A stretch of DNA of 64,000 nt from Lepidodermella squamata. Its lineage: Eukaryota > Animalia > Gastrotricha. The DNA is taken from NCBI GenBank assembly GCA_047495785.1, contig JBLDXI010000015.1, positions 4,774,001-4,838,000 of the forward strand, written 5' to 3'. The notes below the pieces were generated by a model that saw only the letters and a program-made list of their open reading frames with translations, did no database searches and was not told where the DNA came from. Below are positions 12,368 to 26,836 of the stretch, in pieces; position 1 is the stretch's first letter; every line of letters starts with the position of its first letter. The position numbers and the translations under genes were made by a program.

Positions 12368-15363
12368 CTCAATAGCGTTTTTTACTGAAAGCAATTATTT
12401 CAAAATGCTGATGATGTAAATTACCGACAATTTTCTATTCACTACTCGGAATATGGTTGTGTTTTTTTATGATGGGTTTCTATCCGAGCCGTTTTATTGT
12501 TGCTGTTGTTGTTACTTTAACTGTATTTTAACGAAATTTTATAAACGCACGAGAGCTTTAAAAGCTTTCAAAACAAGGTTGTGAAAACTTACAATGCTGA
12601 AATCAGAAAGGTTGTGCAGTTTACTTCATTCTCTAGTTCAAGCTTCCATTTTACTTGTTATGGTTTTTCTGGGACAACCGATCTTGGTTGTGTTATGCGA
12701 GGTTGTGATTTACATTTCAACAATAGACTGTACTGATCGTTTTTTCTACTTGGATTTTTGCCGTCACAGCTCGATGCGTGTATTTGCATTATTGGAATAT
12801 TTTTTATGATAGAAATCCACACTACAACGCCAATTGCCGACTTTTACAACCACTGCTTACGAAATTTATGTAATTTAGTGTATATATAGATATTGATGAT
12901 ATTTATCCGCTATCCTATTATGTACACCCGCATGCTTTTCAGCGAATGTCTTCTCTCTGGTGCACGCAAATGATATCGGAGCGAGAGTGAAAATGTCCTT
13001 TCCTGACGCCTGTTTTAATTCAAGGCGCCTTGAAATATTATTATTCCGAGCTTTTATGATAATGTGTACATGCGCTCGCCTACTTGTGTAACAACAATGA
13101 ATTTATACTGAGTAATAAAACACACGTGAAGAAATCGCAACTCTTGGTTTTTTCCAGAAGTATTCGAAATTACAGGTGTATATCGATTGTTGATGAGACA
13201 TTACGTTTGAGCATTAACAGGGCATTGTTTGCTGAGAAAATATTGTTTTTCCGAATTAGCTGTTGTTTTGTACCAGCGATTATCTTCTCGCAGGCTGAGG
13301 TAAAATTATGAGCAACGTAACTCATAACATATAGACCATCCTACTACCACTAAGGGTGTTCAAATTCGGAGCATTATTCTTATAATAAAGCCAGGCTTCG
13401 GAGCAATTTATGCGGGCGTGATGGTGAAGTGGAAATATCCGTCATACAATCTTCAAGAAAACAACATGAATATTATTATGGGCGGAAAAAGCGATTCCGC
13501 CTAAAGCAAGCGATTCTTGCTGTTGACTAGGCAAACGTGAAATCTCAGGCCATGGATATCACTCCATGTTGTGACTGTGAGTGGGGGCGGTGGTGGTGAA
13601 AAATCGCATGCGGTCGGCACCAAATTGGAACCAGATCACTCGCTAATGTATAAAAATGCTGCTCGCATGCAAACATGCGAACGGAGGAGGTCAGCGCGCC
13701 CGCATCGCGGAGTGGGCAGGCGGGCAGTCGCGAGACAAAATCAGGCCGTGCGAGTTGCAAGAAGGCGATTGATTGGCGAGCGTTAATAACACACCACCGC
13801 ACTATCAAATATTCCAACTCAATCAGACAGCAATACTATAGGCCAAATAAAAAGAGAGGAAAGATTTGTTTATTCTCAGATATTTAAAGAAATTCCACAA
13901 ATAACAACATAGGTACCTCTATACCTATCTATACTCACGTAAAATAATGCGACTGCCCAGATCGGTATTAATATTATGTTTATAGGTAATATGTTTACGG
14001 TAATAATCCAAATAGTCATAAGAACTCCGCGAAACCCGAAAGTGTGCAATTAGAACCCTTAGAAGATGCTCATTGATAAGAGTCGTTCACAGGAATATTA
14101 TTGGTTCTTTTTATTCCAGCAAGAACTTGTGGCGTTCATTAGATTATAACTCAATAAAATAACAGCAACAGGTCAGCTTATATCCCAAGAACACAATCCC
14201 ATGGTGCCTAAAGCGCTCCGCCCACGCGCATCAGCTTTTTGTTCATCATTCCGCTTTTTATAGCCTCATAACAACTCATCTCTTTTTACATTGCACAAGC
14301 AACCCATGCGCGCCCGCTCTGCGCTGTTGAACGGGCGGGAGTCGTTGGGTGCGAACGCTTTGCAGCAGCCGACTAAATATTTTTATCGGCAATTGTACTT
14401 TTTGATTGATTACACAGCGGCTATAAAATGTTCTGGCCATCGGCGATTTTTGTAAACCACTATTGTATCTAGAAATTTCCCATGGTAGAACGATTGCACA
14501 ATTAAACGATCCTTAATTTGAGGATATTATTTTTTTCCTATTCGCAGACGTAACATTGTAAACAACATGTACTACAGGCTTGCCCTCAGAGCACGCATGG
14601 TATTTTTGCGCCTTCGCACCTTTGCAGTCGATATTTCTCACAATCACCGCTTTTCCCTGCTTACCCAGCTGCTTTCTTTTACGATGGTATTAATTTATAT
14701 AGGTTATACAAACAACAATGTCTCTCTCAAAATCATTAGATTTGATATAGATAGAATGAGACTCCAGCTTTTTGGTGCCTATTTATTTTGATATTTAACC
14801 CGTTGTGACCACAAGTTATTTTTTTGGCTAGCTTCATCTTTCATCATGTTGGCTATCTTCCGGTTATAGTGTATAGCCTAGTGGTTTTTCATGCTAGAGG
14901 CGCCGGTAATTGCGGCGCGGAATTCGCCGTGTCACGGCCATGATAGCTCAGCAAATAAACACAGCTGCGCGCGTCAAGATGCGCGACAAATGGTAGAAGC
15001 GCGTGCCTTCTTCACTTGAGTAATTGAGCGCTGACAACCACGCTTCCCCGCGGCCGTGATGCCTAAGAAAGGCCTTCGTCTACACACATCTTTCAAGTAT
15101 TGCCCATCTTCTCATTTCTGAACATTTTGCCTTGATTTTTCTAGAATTATCCGTGAAACACGAGATTATCGACAGCGGGCTCGCATGTTTAGAAGCCGTC
15201 GTTAGCGAGCTGGCAATGCTCTGCTTGTCCAATGCCAGTTTCGCTGAGCTCAAAACGCTGCCGCCGGTCGCGCCGATGTGCTCGATCAGCATTCAGCGGT
15301 GGCGACTTTCGCACAGATGAACCGCCTGATGCGTCGCAGGCGGAGCAACAAGTCGCCGGCGGA

Positions 15364-18300
15364 ATGCCTTCAACCACTGTCCGCCGGCCGCTGCATTCAT
15401 CGTCGAAGCCGAAAGCCTTCCTATTAGTGCTTCTTTTTATGTCAAATTTTCTGTTCTTACTATCCGTCTTGCCCGTTCTCGTCGAATCGTCCCAAACTGC
15501 TGCTGCTGGCCAAATGCCGGATCACGTTCGTGTTGGCAAGTTTTAGCAACAGATTTTTAGAGAATAGCAAATAAAATAACTCAATTTTTCAGCTGTGATA
15601 GTCGATAATTCTTCGTCGATCACGCCACACGCCGTCAAACAAGCTGCTTTCATTGAGTCGGCCGCTAAATTGTACTCATTCATGGACAAAACGCTCATAT
15701 TAGATCAGACCCGGCTAATTGTTTCGTTAATACGGCTGCCCGGGCGTGACGCTCTTACCTCAACTAGAATCCGTAAGTATAACCAATGACTGCATCAATC
15801 ATAATTTTTTGCTCCGCTCTTTATTCCAACAGTTTGCAAAGAACTTCTTACGACTTCGAATTTATTGGCACTGATTGTTGGAGATGTTTCGCCGTCATTA
15901 ATGTCGTACATTGTTGGCCTCGCTAACGATGCTCAAGTCTGTTGGATGGCATATTGCGAAAATTTAAATCTAATTATGATTTTTGCAGATTCCATTGATT
16001 GATTTAGCCAGTGATATAGGTCGATATGTGTCGTCGCCGTCTAAATTTGCACCTTCCATATCGGTGACGTCACTGCTCGAGCCAGGTTTTGTAGTTTTCA
16101 TGCGGCCTAGCTCAGCTCTGCACCTAGCAACCGCTGTCGAGGACGTAATGGCCGTCTACAAATGGGAACGTATGCTGCTGCTTTACGACAAGGCTGAAAG
16201 TCTGACGCAAATGCAAAAGCTGCTCGGCGATGTTGGCGTCGACGGTGTTCCAACCGAGAAGGCAGTTTTTCGGCTCAATAATTCAAACATTTTCGAAGTG
16301 ACGCAGAGTATCAAATTCCGATGGCCAACTGTTGTTATCGCTCTCGATGAAACAATGACGGCTAAATTTCTCCGAGTTGCCCTTCGAACCGGCATTCTTA
16401 GCTCCGGTTACTCTTTTATTGTTACCAATCCGGTAATTAATTGAATTCATGGTTTTTATCTATTCAATTTTCTCAATTTTACCAGAATGCTCATTTTCTA
16501 TCAATGGAAGATTTTGCGCAAAATTTTCCGAATGTTACGCTGTTGCGATTTATTAATGATAACCCGATAACGCGTAACATTTTGGATAATGCTCGAAGAT
16601 TCGAAGAAATTCAATCCACGTACCGCGTCATAGTTCCGGACGAATCGGGCAATGCTGACAGCGACATACCAGTAAAACATTGGCCAGTCATTTTGATTCA
16701 AATTATTGCTATTTTTCACAGAAAATTTTGCTGTATGATCGTGAACTCCCGATTACGGTAATTTTCTCCGAAAGTTCCACATTTCGTATTGACCAATTTT
16801 CTTTAAAAATTAGCTTTCAACTGCTTTACTTCTCGATGCTTTAACATTGGTGCGAAGGGCCTTGGCATCGATCTTCAGCCCACCTTCTTGGACCACGGGG
16901 CCGTCTTCAAGCTATCAGTCGTCGACTCCGAAATATCAGCCGTTTATCTTCAAACAAACCACAGGCTTGGCGTGCCGGCCCAGCCTGGTGAAGCCCTCCG
17001 TTCCAGCTCAATCTCCGTACGGCAAGACTTTACTGCAAGCGCTGGTATCGCCAGCCATTGCGTATGAAGGTGCGACAGGCACCGTGGTTTTCAACCCGAA
17101 AACAAACTTCAGAGACGTGGCTGATATGGACATTCTAGGTCTCGGCAGTATAGGTTTGCACAAAATCGGAACATGGAACTCGGACGCTGCTGTTGTTCGC
17201 GATAACGAAATTTTGAGGCAGAAGGAGATCCTAAGGCGGGCTGAGGTTCAGCGGTTAATGAAGGACGTAACTACGGATGAACCGACGACAACAACCGGGC
17301 CTCAAATTCCTTCAAAGGCGCTATCACCTCGAGCTCTCCGGCTCCACCTTAATGAAGAGGCCATTTTTACGCTGAAACGCGCCAATGTTTTGACGAACAG
17401 AACGTTGGTTTCTACGACAATCAAGAAGAAGACCCTCGTTGTTACCACAAAGCTTGAAGAGCCATACGTCATGTATCGGAAGGACAAATCGAAGACATCG
17501 CCGAATTCTCGGTCGATCGTCGAACACAATTTTGAAGGCTACTGCGTTGATCTACTGGATGAGATTGCTGCTATGACCGGCTTCACATACCGGTTGCACA
17601 TCGTTGCCGATGGTGGTTACGGTTCGCTGAATCGGAAAACTGGCAGATGGACCGGAATGATCGGCGAAGTCATTGAAGGGGTGAGTGGTGAACTTTTGAA
17701 TTTCACGACCTTCTTACAAATTTGTATTCTATTTATTTAGAAAGCTGACATTGCAGTAGCCCCTCTCACTATCACCTACGCAAGAGAGCAGGTCGTAGAC
17801 TTCACGAAACCGTTTATGAACCTTGGAATCTCCATCTTGTACCTGCAACCTTTCAAGGAGAAGCCATCCGTATTTTCATTCATGCAACCTTTGGCTGGCG
17901 AAATTTGGGGCTACGTCTCACTTTCTTATGTGGTCGTTACCCTGATCTTCTACGCTGTTGGTCGCTTCTCGCCCTACGAGTGGCACTCGACGGGCGTCGA
18001 ACCGGCCGAGGAAGTACCACCGGGTATCGATGCTACTGACACGAATCAAGTTAGTCCATTCGACATCGAGAATCACGTCAACGTCTTCACCCTGGCGAAT
18101 AGCTCCTGGTTCACCGCTGGAACCCTTATGCAACAAGGTTCCGATGTGAATCCACGAGCGCTGTCAACTCGTATCGTGGGTGGAGCCTGGTGGTTCTTTT
18201 CTCTGGTGAGTTCAATAAACCCCTTTCCAGGCCTCAAATATGAGAATTTCCCTTTCATTAGATTATCATCAGCTCTTATACTGCCAACTTGGCGGCGTTC

Positions 18301-19719
18301 TTGACTGTCGAGACAGTTTACTCGCCGTTCGAAAGCGCCGAAGAACTGGCGCGTCAGAATAAGGTCAGTTACGGCGCCGTGAAAGGCGGCTCGACGGAAA
18401 ACTTTTTCCGCGAGTCGAAAATCGACACCTACCGCATGATGTGGAGCGCTATGCAGAATAAGGATGTGTTCGTGTCAAACAACACCGAAGGCATCCACCG
18501 CGTCCGCTCGGCTGCCGGTGGTTATGCTTACCTGGTCGAGTCGATCTCTCTGGAATACATCATTCAGAGTCCAACTCTGAACAAAGACTGCGATTTGCGG
18601 CAGGTTGGCGGCCTGCTCGACTCAAAAGGCTACGGCATTGCAACAGCACGAGAATCGCCATATCGAGACATTCTGTCCATGGCTATTCTCCAGCTTCAAG
18701 AAAACGACCGGCTTCAGTTGCTTTACAACAAGTGGTGGAAATCGTCAGGCACTTGCGTCGCTCAGGAAACTAAACCAAAAGTTCTCGGTACCCAAAATAT
18801 CGGCGGTATTTTCGCTATTCTACTGATTGGTTTGGTTTTCTCGCTGTTCTCACTTGTCATCGAAGTTCTGTGGTATGCAAGGCAGCACAACCCGAATGAC
18901 GAGAGGCCTTATATGCGTCGGCTGCTTGATAATTTCCGACTAATCACTACGTTCCGTTCGAAGTTGTCCCGGCCTTTATCGACACCTCATAACACCTCAC
19001 CAAAGGCTAAACAGCGTCATACACATGCGACTACTGAACCAGGAGTTGAGCTACAAGCGGCGCCCTTGTTGCCGATTGGACCTCCAAAGGCTCCAAGGGA
19101 GGCCCTGGGAGCCCGACGTTCCAGATCTTACCACGATGCGGTTAATCAAAGCGAAGAACGGCGGGCGAACTTGGCGGCTAGATTTTTACCCGCCACAGGG
19201 GTTTCGCCCCTCGATCGGCACGCGAAGCCACCGTTGCCTCGGCAGCATATTAAACCGCCGCCACCCGAACCGCCGCCTCGTCCATCTTTAGCGACAATGA
19301 CAACCACTGAGGACGACGAAGATGATGACGAGGATCTGTCACATCATTTGCTGCGCTCTGGTGGGGTGATTGCTAACCTATCGCCGAAGAGCCGGGCGAA
19401 TGCCGTTGCTTTGCTTGAGGAGTTGGCGTATCAAGAACGTCAGCAAAAGCAACATATCATAGCGGCTACGACAGCTACAGAGCTCGCGCGCCGGTCACCA
19501 CAGCGGCTCGGCTCGCGGCAGGCCAGTGCCGAAAGCACTGGTCGTAGTCGGCAGCGTGTGCCGATGGTCTCGTTTCATGCGCCGTCATTCTCGCGCTCGC
19601 AAGATGACGAAGAGCCGCCGTATGAGCCGGACGAACAGGTGCAGTATCAAAATGTTGGCAGCTACCGGCGACAACCGGCTCATCGCCGGGAGACGCAACA
19701 TCGGGAGGATGAAGTTTAG
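15364..19719 (+). CDS. Ionotropic glutamate receptor, non-NMDA (kainate/AMPA-like); multi-exon
   Basis: It has a signal peptide and ATD. S1 contains EEPYVM, EGYCVDLL and APLTITYAREQVVDFTKPFM. The pore reads TLMQQG and M3 reads SYTANLAAFLT. S2 contains GGSTENFF and GGLLDSKGYGIA, followed by M4 and a long cytoplasmic tail. The start codon is uncertain. Confidence 0.95.
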
Positions 19720-20139
19720 TGCTATAATAAGAAAAGGGGCGTTTGCCCGCAGCTTTTAATTTAAATTTTTCAAATTTTTCAAATAAACGGAAATGAACGG
19801 AGAGTGACGTCTTAAAATTAAAAAACCTTGGTCTTATATTATTTAATTTTTATTGTTATTTGTTCGTTTTTTTAATTGCAGCTTTTATAGAACTGAAAGG
19901 AAAATTCGAACACCATCTGCTAATCATAAGGATCACCGGTTTTTTTATTGGACCATCTTAGCCATGCAATCTATATCGAACTTGGAATAACCACATAACT
20001 TATTCATAGAAAAAACACGGGGAGACTAATTGCGCAGATGTACGAACCAAAGAAAACAAACACAACGAATTTTTGATGCTAGAGTAATGAGTTCGGGTTT
20101 CTTGTTTCGAGAGGACGAGTGCTTGAATATCGATTGCTG

Positions 20140-23100
20140 TTAAGGGAAGTTTTCGTACTTCCACTCATATCGCACTGATTGGGGTCGTACCAACGTAGGA
20201 GCCGGGCTATTGCGGCCTGAATCGCTGCCAGAAGCATTGCGTTCTCCGCTCGAAACTCGGCTTGGACGAGGTGTCGGAGATGTACTTTGAATTGATGAAA
20301 CGAAATGAATCCTTAAAAAAAAACATATCAAGTGATTGTCAAGAAGCAGTCTATAACGTTACCATTCGCTCATCCGATTAGCCGGAGCACTTCTTTGGCG
20401 CGGGCTCTGCGAAGATCTAACAATGCCCTGTCTGACTGGCTGCGCTGAATTTCTATAGTAAGCCAAATATTGGCTTCCGATGTAAGTGCTGTTCTTTGGC
20501 GGCCAGAAGCACTTGTCAGGATGAGGGGCTGAAGTTTCAGTTGCCCTATTCTCCTGCTTGTTCTTCTCATCGAACTTCTGAGAGTCGATGCTGATTTTGT
20601 TGAGAAAGTGAGCAATCCTCGTGAATTTTTCATTCATATTCAAATCCTGATTAGCATCTGCTCCGGTATCACTGTCATGCCCGGCTTCAGCATTAGTCGA
20701 CGACAAATTGTTCAGCAAATCAGAGCTGACCGGAGTTATAGGCTCATTGACCAAGCTGCTAGCCGGCTGAGATGGTACCATTAGCCCCCCTGGTACCGGC
20801 GGGTGATTGCTTGCGCTCGACTGTCTTCGGCTGTTTTGACTCTCGTATAAGTGGTACAGGACAGGCGACTCGGGAGTCAAGCGGCCGCGAGATCGTGCCG
20901 ACGCGAACCTAACCAGCTTTTTGTACTTTTCTGTGCTGTTTGAACTAAGCGGTCGGCTGGACGATTGCTCTAAAAGGCTCATCGGAGTTTCCAAGTCTCG
21001 AAGTTCATCATGGTAGTCGGAAGCATCCCCTGCGGCTTTTGGCACAGTCCTAACCTCAACCGATGTAACATGCTTCGGGATGGTAGACACGCTTGATTGA
21101 GTTACCTTCAATGCATACCATGTTAAATTATCAGGATTCATGTCAAAGTTCGAACTTACGGTGGAAATTCGGCTGGCAGCTGAAACAACCCTATTTCTTC
21201 GCTAAAAATGTAAAGTTAAGCATATATAACAGTATCAGTTTTCAAACATAAGCGAACCGATGAGCTAGTTGAAGCTCTTGGTGATTTCGTCATCAGAATC
21301 GAAGCTTTAGACACACTTTTCGGTTGTCTGAAGCCGTCTCTTGCTTGGGATTCGCTGCTCTTTGTAAGCGCTGATTTCAGCAAAATTTCGTATTTGGTCA
21401 AAGCCGGTTTGTTTTGACCGGGCGGTTTAACCTCTGCAGCTGGCTTTTTCTCCAAGTTATTTTTTACAACATTTGCTGGTTTCAGAGGTTGCGGGTTGAG
21501 GGTCGGTACTGGTTTCATTGGCTCAACGGGAAGCGGCAAGTGCTCAGCGGTCTTCAGCCCAATTGGCTGCATGTCATCTTCGAAAAGAGCGTCCGCAAAA
21601 TTATTCAACGGGTTCAAATCTGGCTCAGCAGTAGCTGGATCCACCGGTGCAGTAGCCAAGGTAAGAGGCCGAGGTCTAGTGTGCCGTATTGTCGGAATTT
21701 CATACTTGGGCGTGTTTTCTTGCGCCTCCTTTGCTTTCTGTTCGGCTGCCACAGCTTCAGCTATAGCTTTCGCCTGTGCTTCCTTTTCTGCAACTGCAAC
21801 AAAAATGTCAACCCTGTAACAATTTTGAAATGTGACTAAAAATACCTTCTCTAGCCTCCTTGTCCTTCATCATTTTATCAAACTCGTCGTCCAGCTTGTT
21901 GCTTTCAGCATCGTCCCAAGCAACGCTTTTAGCCTGCCAAACTCCCCGCCTATGGCGAAATCTGATTCGCCGTTTTTGCTCGATCTCCGCTATTTTTTCC
22001 TCGACGAATGAAGGATTGCGTTGAATTTTCTTCACAGCCTGAACTGTTCCAACAGGTGGCATTTTATAATTCTGCCGCACGACCGAATTCGGAATGTACA
22101 TATCCGGCGCTACTGGATACTTCAAACCACCTATCATTTGCATCAGCTTCTTCTCAGATTCGGAAACCTTATCAGGCCCGTCATCTGAAGGCGCTGTCAA
22201 ACTGTACTGCAACGCAACTGCTTTCAACAGCTCATCAATCGGTGCAACTAAAAACTCACAAAATTAAATTTTCGGTTCATTAAATCGACAAAATGCTAAA
22301 CCTTTTGGCAACAGCTCGGGTGATGGTGCGCTAATGACTAGTTCAGGCTCGAAAGGAATCACCGCCGGATCCTGCGCATGAGGCATCGAGTTGGCGCGGT
22401 AAATCTCGCGACCCAAGACGTAAAGCATCGATCGCTCAGATGCGCTTTTGCGATCCCAGATCGTAGACAAGAAGTGCGAATCAACGTTCAGCTTCAACAT
22501 ATCGGCGTAAACTGCCACCGTGCGAAAATCACCCACGGCTTCGTCCTGCTGGCTATTAGTGCCAGTATTGTAGCTTACATTGTTGGTGTAAATTGCCAGC
22601 TCAGGCGACTGTTCGAGCTTAAATTCGTACAAAATGACTGATTTTGATGCATGCAAAGCTCGCCGTAGTCTTAGAAGAACGCGATCGACGAAGAGAAATG
22701 GATCGCTCAAAGATCTTGTAATTGCAACTCGACTGGAGGCGTAATGCGTTTCTGACATCACACTGCAAGTTTTAGCCAACTCGGCATTTTCGCCCTCTAC
22801 CATAAACTCGAGCTGCTTTCCTATCCTTTTGCTAGATTTAGGAAAGTAAGCCGACATCGCTTCTAATTGCACTGAATGAAAAATTTCGTCCGGTTCAACA
22901 ACCCTAAAATACTTATAGTTAATCCCAAGTACCAAAACGTTCGTTCATGTGTTTACATAATGATGTTTCCCGTCGAGTAATACAGAAACCCTGCCATCAG
23001 CCCGAAGCTGTCGATGCCTGATATGAGGCCTTCGACATAAATTTGGCGGGTCAAAAATATGGAGGGATTATCGGCTTGATTGTCAGTTTCCACGTCCTCG

Positions 23101-25804
23101 AAGTGGGCGACTTGCCATACCCGGAAAGTGCCTTTGGTGTCAACTGACACAAACAACCTTGCAAGTGGAACGACATCGACTGCAACCAGCGTAGCTTCCA
23201 GTGATGAACTTTCAGGTGTGTAAATTGATAAATTCCCATCTTTACCGTCCTTGAGGTGACATTCGATAGGCGGCGCCCTGATCGCGGGACAGAATGAATG
23301 AAACGGTAACGAAAATACTACATTTTTATTTGAAAAGCAGTTTTATCGTAAAACAGAAAGTAGGTCGTAGCAAAATAAATGCGGTTAAATAGCACAAAAT
23401 CATTAGGTTGAGCAGGTGTCTAGTAGCTTTTGAGGTTGCTTGGGCGACTGGGTTGTCTAATTCATACTGAGGCGGCAGTTCTTTCAGAAAGCACCACAAC
23501 CGATTGAAGGCGAGGAATAGAAAAGGCGGGTTCGTCGAATCGAATTGCCCCGTTCCCAACGTGTATTCGTAAGCCTTGCTCAAGGCCAAGGTCGGCAAAT
23601 GGGCCATTGAACTCGCAGTGGTTTTGGCGACAGATAAGGCCCAAACTGTAACCGAACGACGGCAATTCGCAGTTGCTGCCATTAAAGAGCCAGCGTCTAA
23701 TTTAATTAGGAAAAAAGTATTATAGGGTATCAACGCTAAATAACCTTGAAAAACCCACCGCAATTGCGAGCAAAGGTTATGACATCAAATCCATCGAGGC
23801 CGACGGACTCTATCGAACTATACGTAATTAGTTGAAAATGATAGGCATTCCTAGCCGAGAGCAACGAAATCTTTCCAGTTGAATGACCGGCTAGTATGAT
23901 GAATTCATCTAAGGGCGTGCTATTTTCCTCGGAAAAATTGGACGGAATAGCTATGCAGCCGAGGCTCAAAATTCGTCCCAAATGCTGCGATGGCTTGAAA
24001 ACACCCCCAGTAGTCACGTTGCCGGGGGCTAATGAGCAATCGTACTCAACAACTAAGTTAAAAACATCAGGCATGAGTTATATCGGTTGGGTATGTAACA
24101 TACCGTTTCCTGAATTGGTCATGTAGAAATATTTATTCTGAATCGTGTCAAAAAGTCCCGCGTTAGGAGGCATGGCGTTGACGGCGCGAGCATGTCTGCT
24201 GCCCCGGCGACCATTCGATCTTTCCTCCCCAGGGAAAGCTAGCGACGCCTTGGCGTTTGCGTTAGTCGCATTCAGTGCGAACAGTATGCTCGAGGTGTAA
24301 ACAGCAATCGAGTTTCTTTTCAGTGGCTCCGGAAAAATTGTTGAGCAGTCAATGGTGTGAACATGGTTTGGCAAAGCCGCAAAAGGTAAGCCAAAATGAT
24401 CCAATCGAACGCATAAAATTGAGGAGGCGACCTTGCAGTAAACGCTGCAATCGTCCAGTAAATTCATATATGACATTCTGTTTGACTCTTCTGACGTCCG
24501 AAGATCTAAGCGTTCAGTCAGCTCAAGCGCATAAGGTCCCTGTGTCGCTTGATTAATAATTGAATACGATTGATGCAACGTCACTCACTTCTTCGCGAAA
24601 GCAGAGATCCCATGTCAGCAGCGCGCCGCTTGCATCACCGGTGACGCACCAGAATGGACTTGCTCCGACAACCTCCGCTCCAATTACCGATGAGAGATGT
24701 GGTTTCGTGTTGTAGAATGGGTCCATTTCAAGTGCATCCAGCATTGATATTTCACCATTCTCTGTAGATAATAGCAAAGTCTGTGTTGAATCATGAAGGA
24801 TGGCGACTGATAAATCGAATTGAGGAATAACATGTGCCACCGTCCACGTAGCAAGCGAGAATATATACATTGACGTCCTGGTGGTCACCATCAATTGATT
24901 GTATTTGTAGTCAGCTCTCAGTGTCCTGGGAACCTTCAATCAAACGAGCTCATTGAAACGCAAGATGCATTTGCCAAATTATTACCAAATCTTCGGTTTT
25001 GGATGCATCGGGAAGAAATAACGACGACGGATTTGGTAGTGTTTGGTCAGCCGGGCTCCATTTGGCTTCGAGCTTCCAGCAGATAATCTGGTTTCCCAAC
25101 GTAAAGAAAATTAATCCTATTTTCTCCCTTGGTCTAAATAAGAACGTACTCGTCCTACTCCCCCAGAGAACAAACGACGCAAATCATCGTCAAACAAGAG
25201 ACAGGTCGAAGGTTCGGGGATGTCGTGTGTAACAATTCTCGCCATTTCACATACGATATCACTGAACAAATGAATCTTATCCCCTTCCACTCCAAAAAAT
25301 ACCTGACATACGCATTTGAGTAATAATTAGTGAATGAGATTAATTTACAATCTCACCCCAAATTTGACGGAATATACCATGTTTTCCAGAGCAACTTGAC
25401 ACAGAAATCTAGATCCGAATCGCGTAAAACTTTCAACTATATTCTTGCAAATTAACTAACGTTTTCATATTCTTCACGCCTTTTCTTTCGAATAGTATGA
25501 GAAACTGCTTGTTATCAACACTCTGAGCGACAAAAATCCATCCATCCTTTGTGTTAATTGGTACAATGAAGTTGAGTCGTTTGAGCTCCGGATAGGAGAA
25601 TGTATTAATTACCTGAAAAAATGAAATTGATAAACGTTTGAGCAAATAATTTTAACGAACTCTCAGTCCTTTCTTGATGACTTCAGCCCGTAATTTGTGT
25701 AGGTCTGACAAATCATAAGGAAGCTTAGCGTGACCAGGAGACCAAGTGACCAGTTGTTCCACGACTATATCTGGAGCCGTTTTAATGTTAACAGTTGAAA
25801 GCAT
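20140..25804 (-). CDS. Large multi-exon WD40-repeat-like protein with a disordered C-terminal half
   Basis: A chain of minus-strand ORFs is separated by short introns. WD-like blades include LLLSTENGEISMLD, CVTGDASGALLTWDL, ILAGHSTGKISLL and FVSVDTKGTFRVWQV. The last splice (MSEW|IHFVSS) is in frame, with the stop at 20140. Not every junction was verified. Confidence 0.6.
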
Positions 25805-26092
25805 CTTGAAAGCCTAAACATTTATGACAGACGACAGAACAACAAAATTCAATAATACAGAATTGCTCGTCTTTGTAGTTGAGACAGAAGAGAGGTTCAG
25901 GTCTGGTATACAAACTGAGGTCTGGTATCCTAGGTAGATAGGGATATGGGATTTAACAGGGTTTGGGTTGATAAGTTAGACCTATATAAGTTAGATGGGC
26001 GCAAAAATGGCACAATGAGACCCACAAATGAATTATCAAATTAGAGCTATGGTCTATTTGGTCCAGTGAGACAGACACCGCCCGCTGATGCT

Positions 26093-26250
26093 CATGTATG
26101 CATGTATGTATGTATGTATGTATAATAGCGTTGGATTCGCACTAAGGCGGTCTTCCATCCAACGGACGCAGATGGGCGCGTCGAGGTAAGGTGGCGAGTT
26201 ACCTCTTCTTTGAGTAGACGAAATCGTCCACGTATCCTGCTTTCAGCAGG
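26093..26250 (-). repeat. (CATA)n microsatellite tail preceded by a stem-loop; possible 3' remnant of a non-LTR retroelement or SINE
   Basis: There is a (TATG)n tract at 26093-26122. Next to it is an 8-bp stem, CGTTGGAT...ATCCAACG (26129-26164), inside a GC-richer island. Confidence 0.4.
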
Positions 26251-26836
26251 GCATCAGGTATCAAGGATCAGGCATGGCTCAGGCATGGCTTGGATTGCAA
26301 TGCTAAGGACGCCAACATTTTAATTTGACAACATTTATTATATTTAAATTTTTCTTCAACTTATTATTGCTTAAACATTTTTTAAAGGTCATGGATAAAC
26401 GCATACACGTGACCTGAGCAGCTGACCGCTGTCCGCCGTACTTCGTCTCTTCCTGTGCGTCCTTGAATCCTAGAATCCTTGAATCCTTGAATTCGTCTCA
26501 CCTGTCGTTCCAGACGGCACCATTAAAGCAGCGCTATCTGACTTTATGACCGAGTGCTATGGGACCGCAGACTACATTTTCACAGGCCTTGAAGTGGAAG
26601 CTTTGCTGGCCTCGTAACGATTTGCTAATAGAGTAACCATTAAGCGCTAGAATTCCCTTCCGGTGAATTAACACTTTTCGAAGTAATGAAATCATAACCC
26701 TGTAGATAATCGTATGATGCCTGAGTTGCTGTTGAGTACAGCTATTCTATTATCAAATTTCCGGTGCTGGATGAGGGTTTTAATCGTCGTATGGATGTTT
26801 CATTAAGCCATTCCTGCTTAATTTACATAATTTTAG

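Noticed and set aside
26130-26230. Possible HDV-like or hammerhead ribozyme
   Set aside because: A 7-bp P1 followed by GG is present, but no valid P2/P3/L3 can be built. The hammerhead core CUGAUGA is missing before GAAA.
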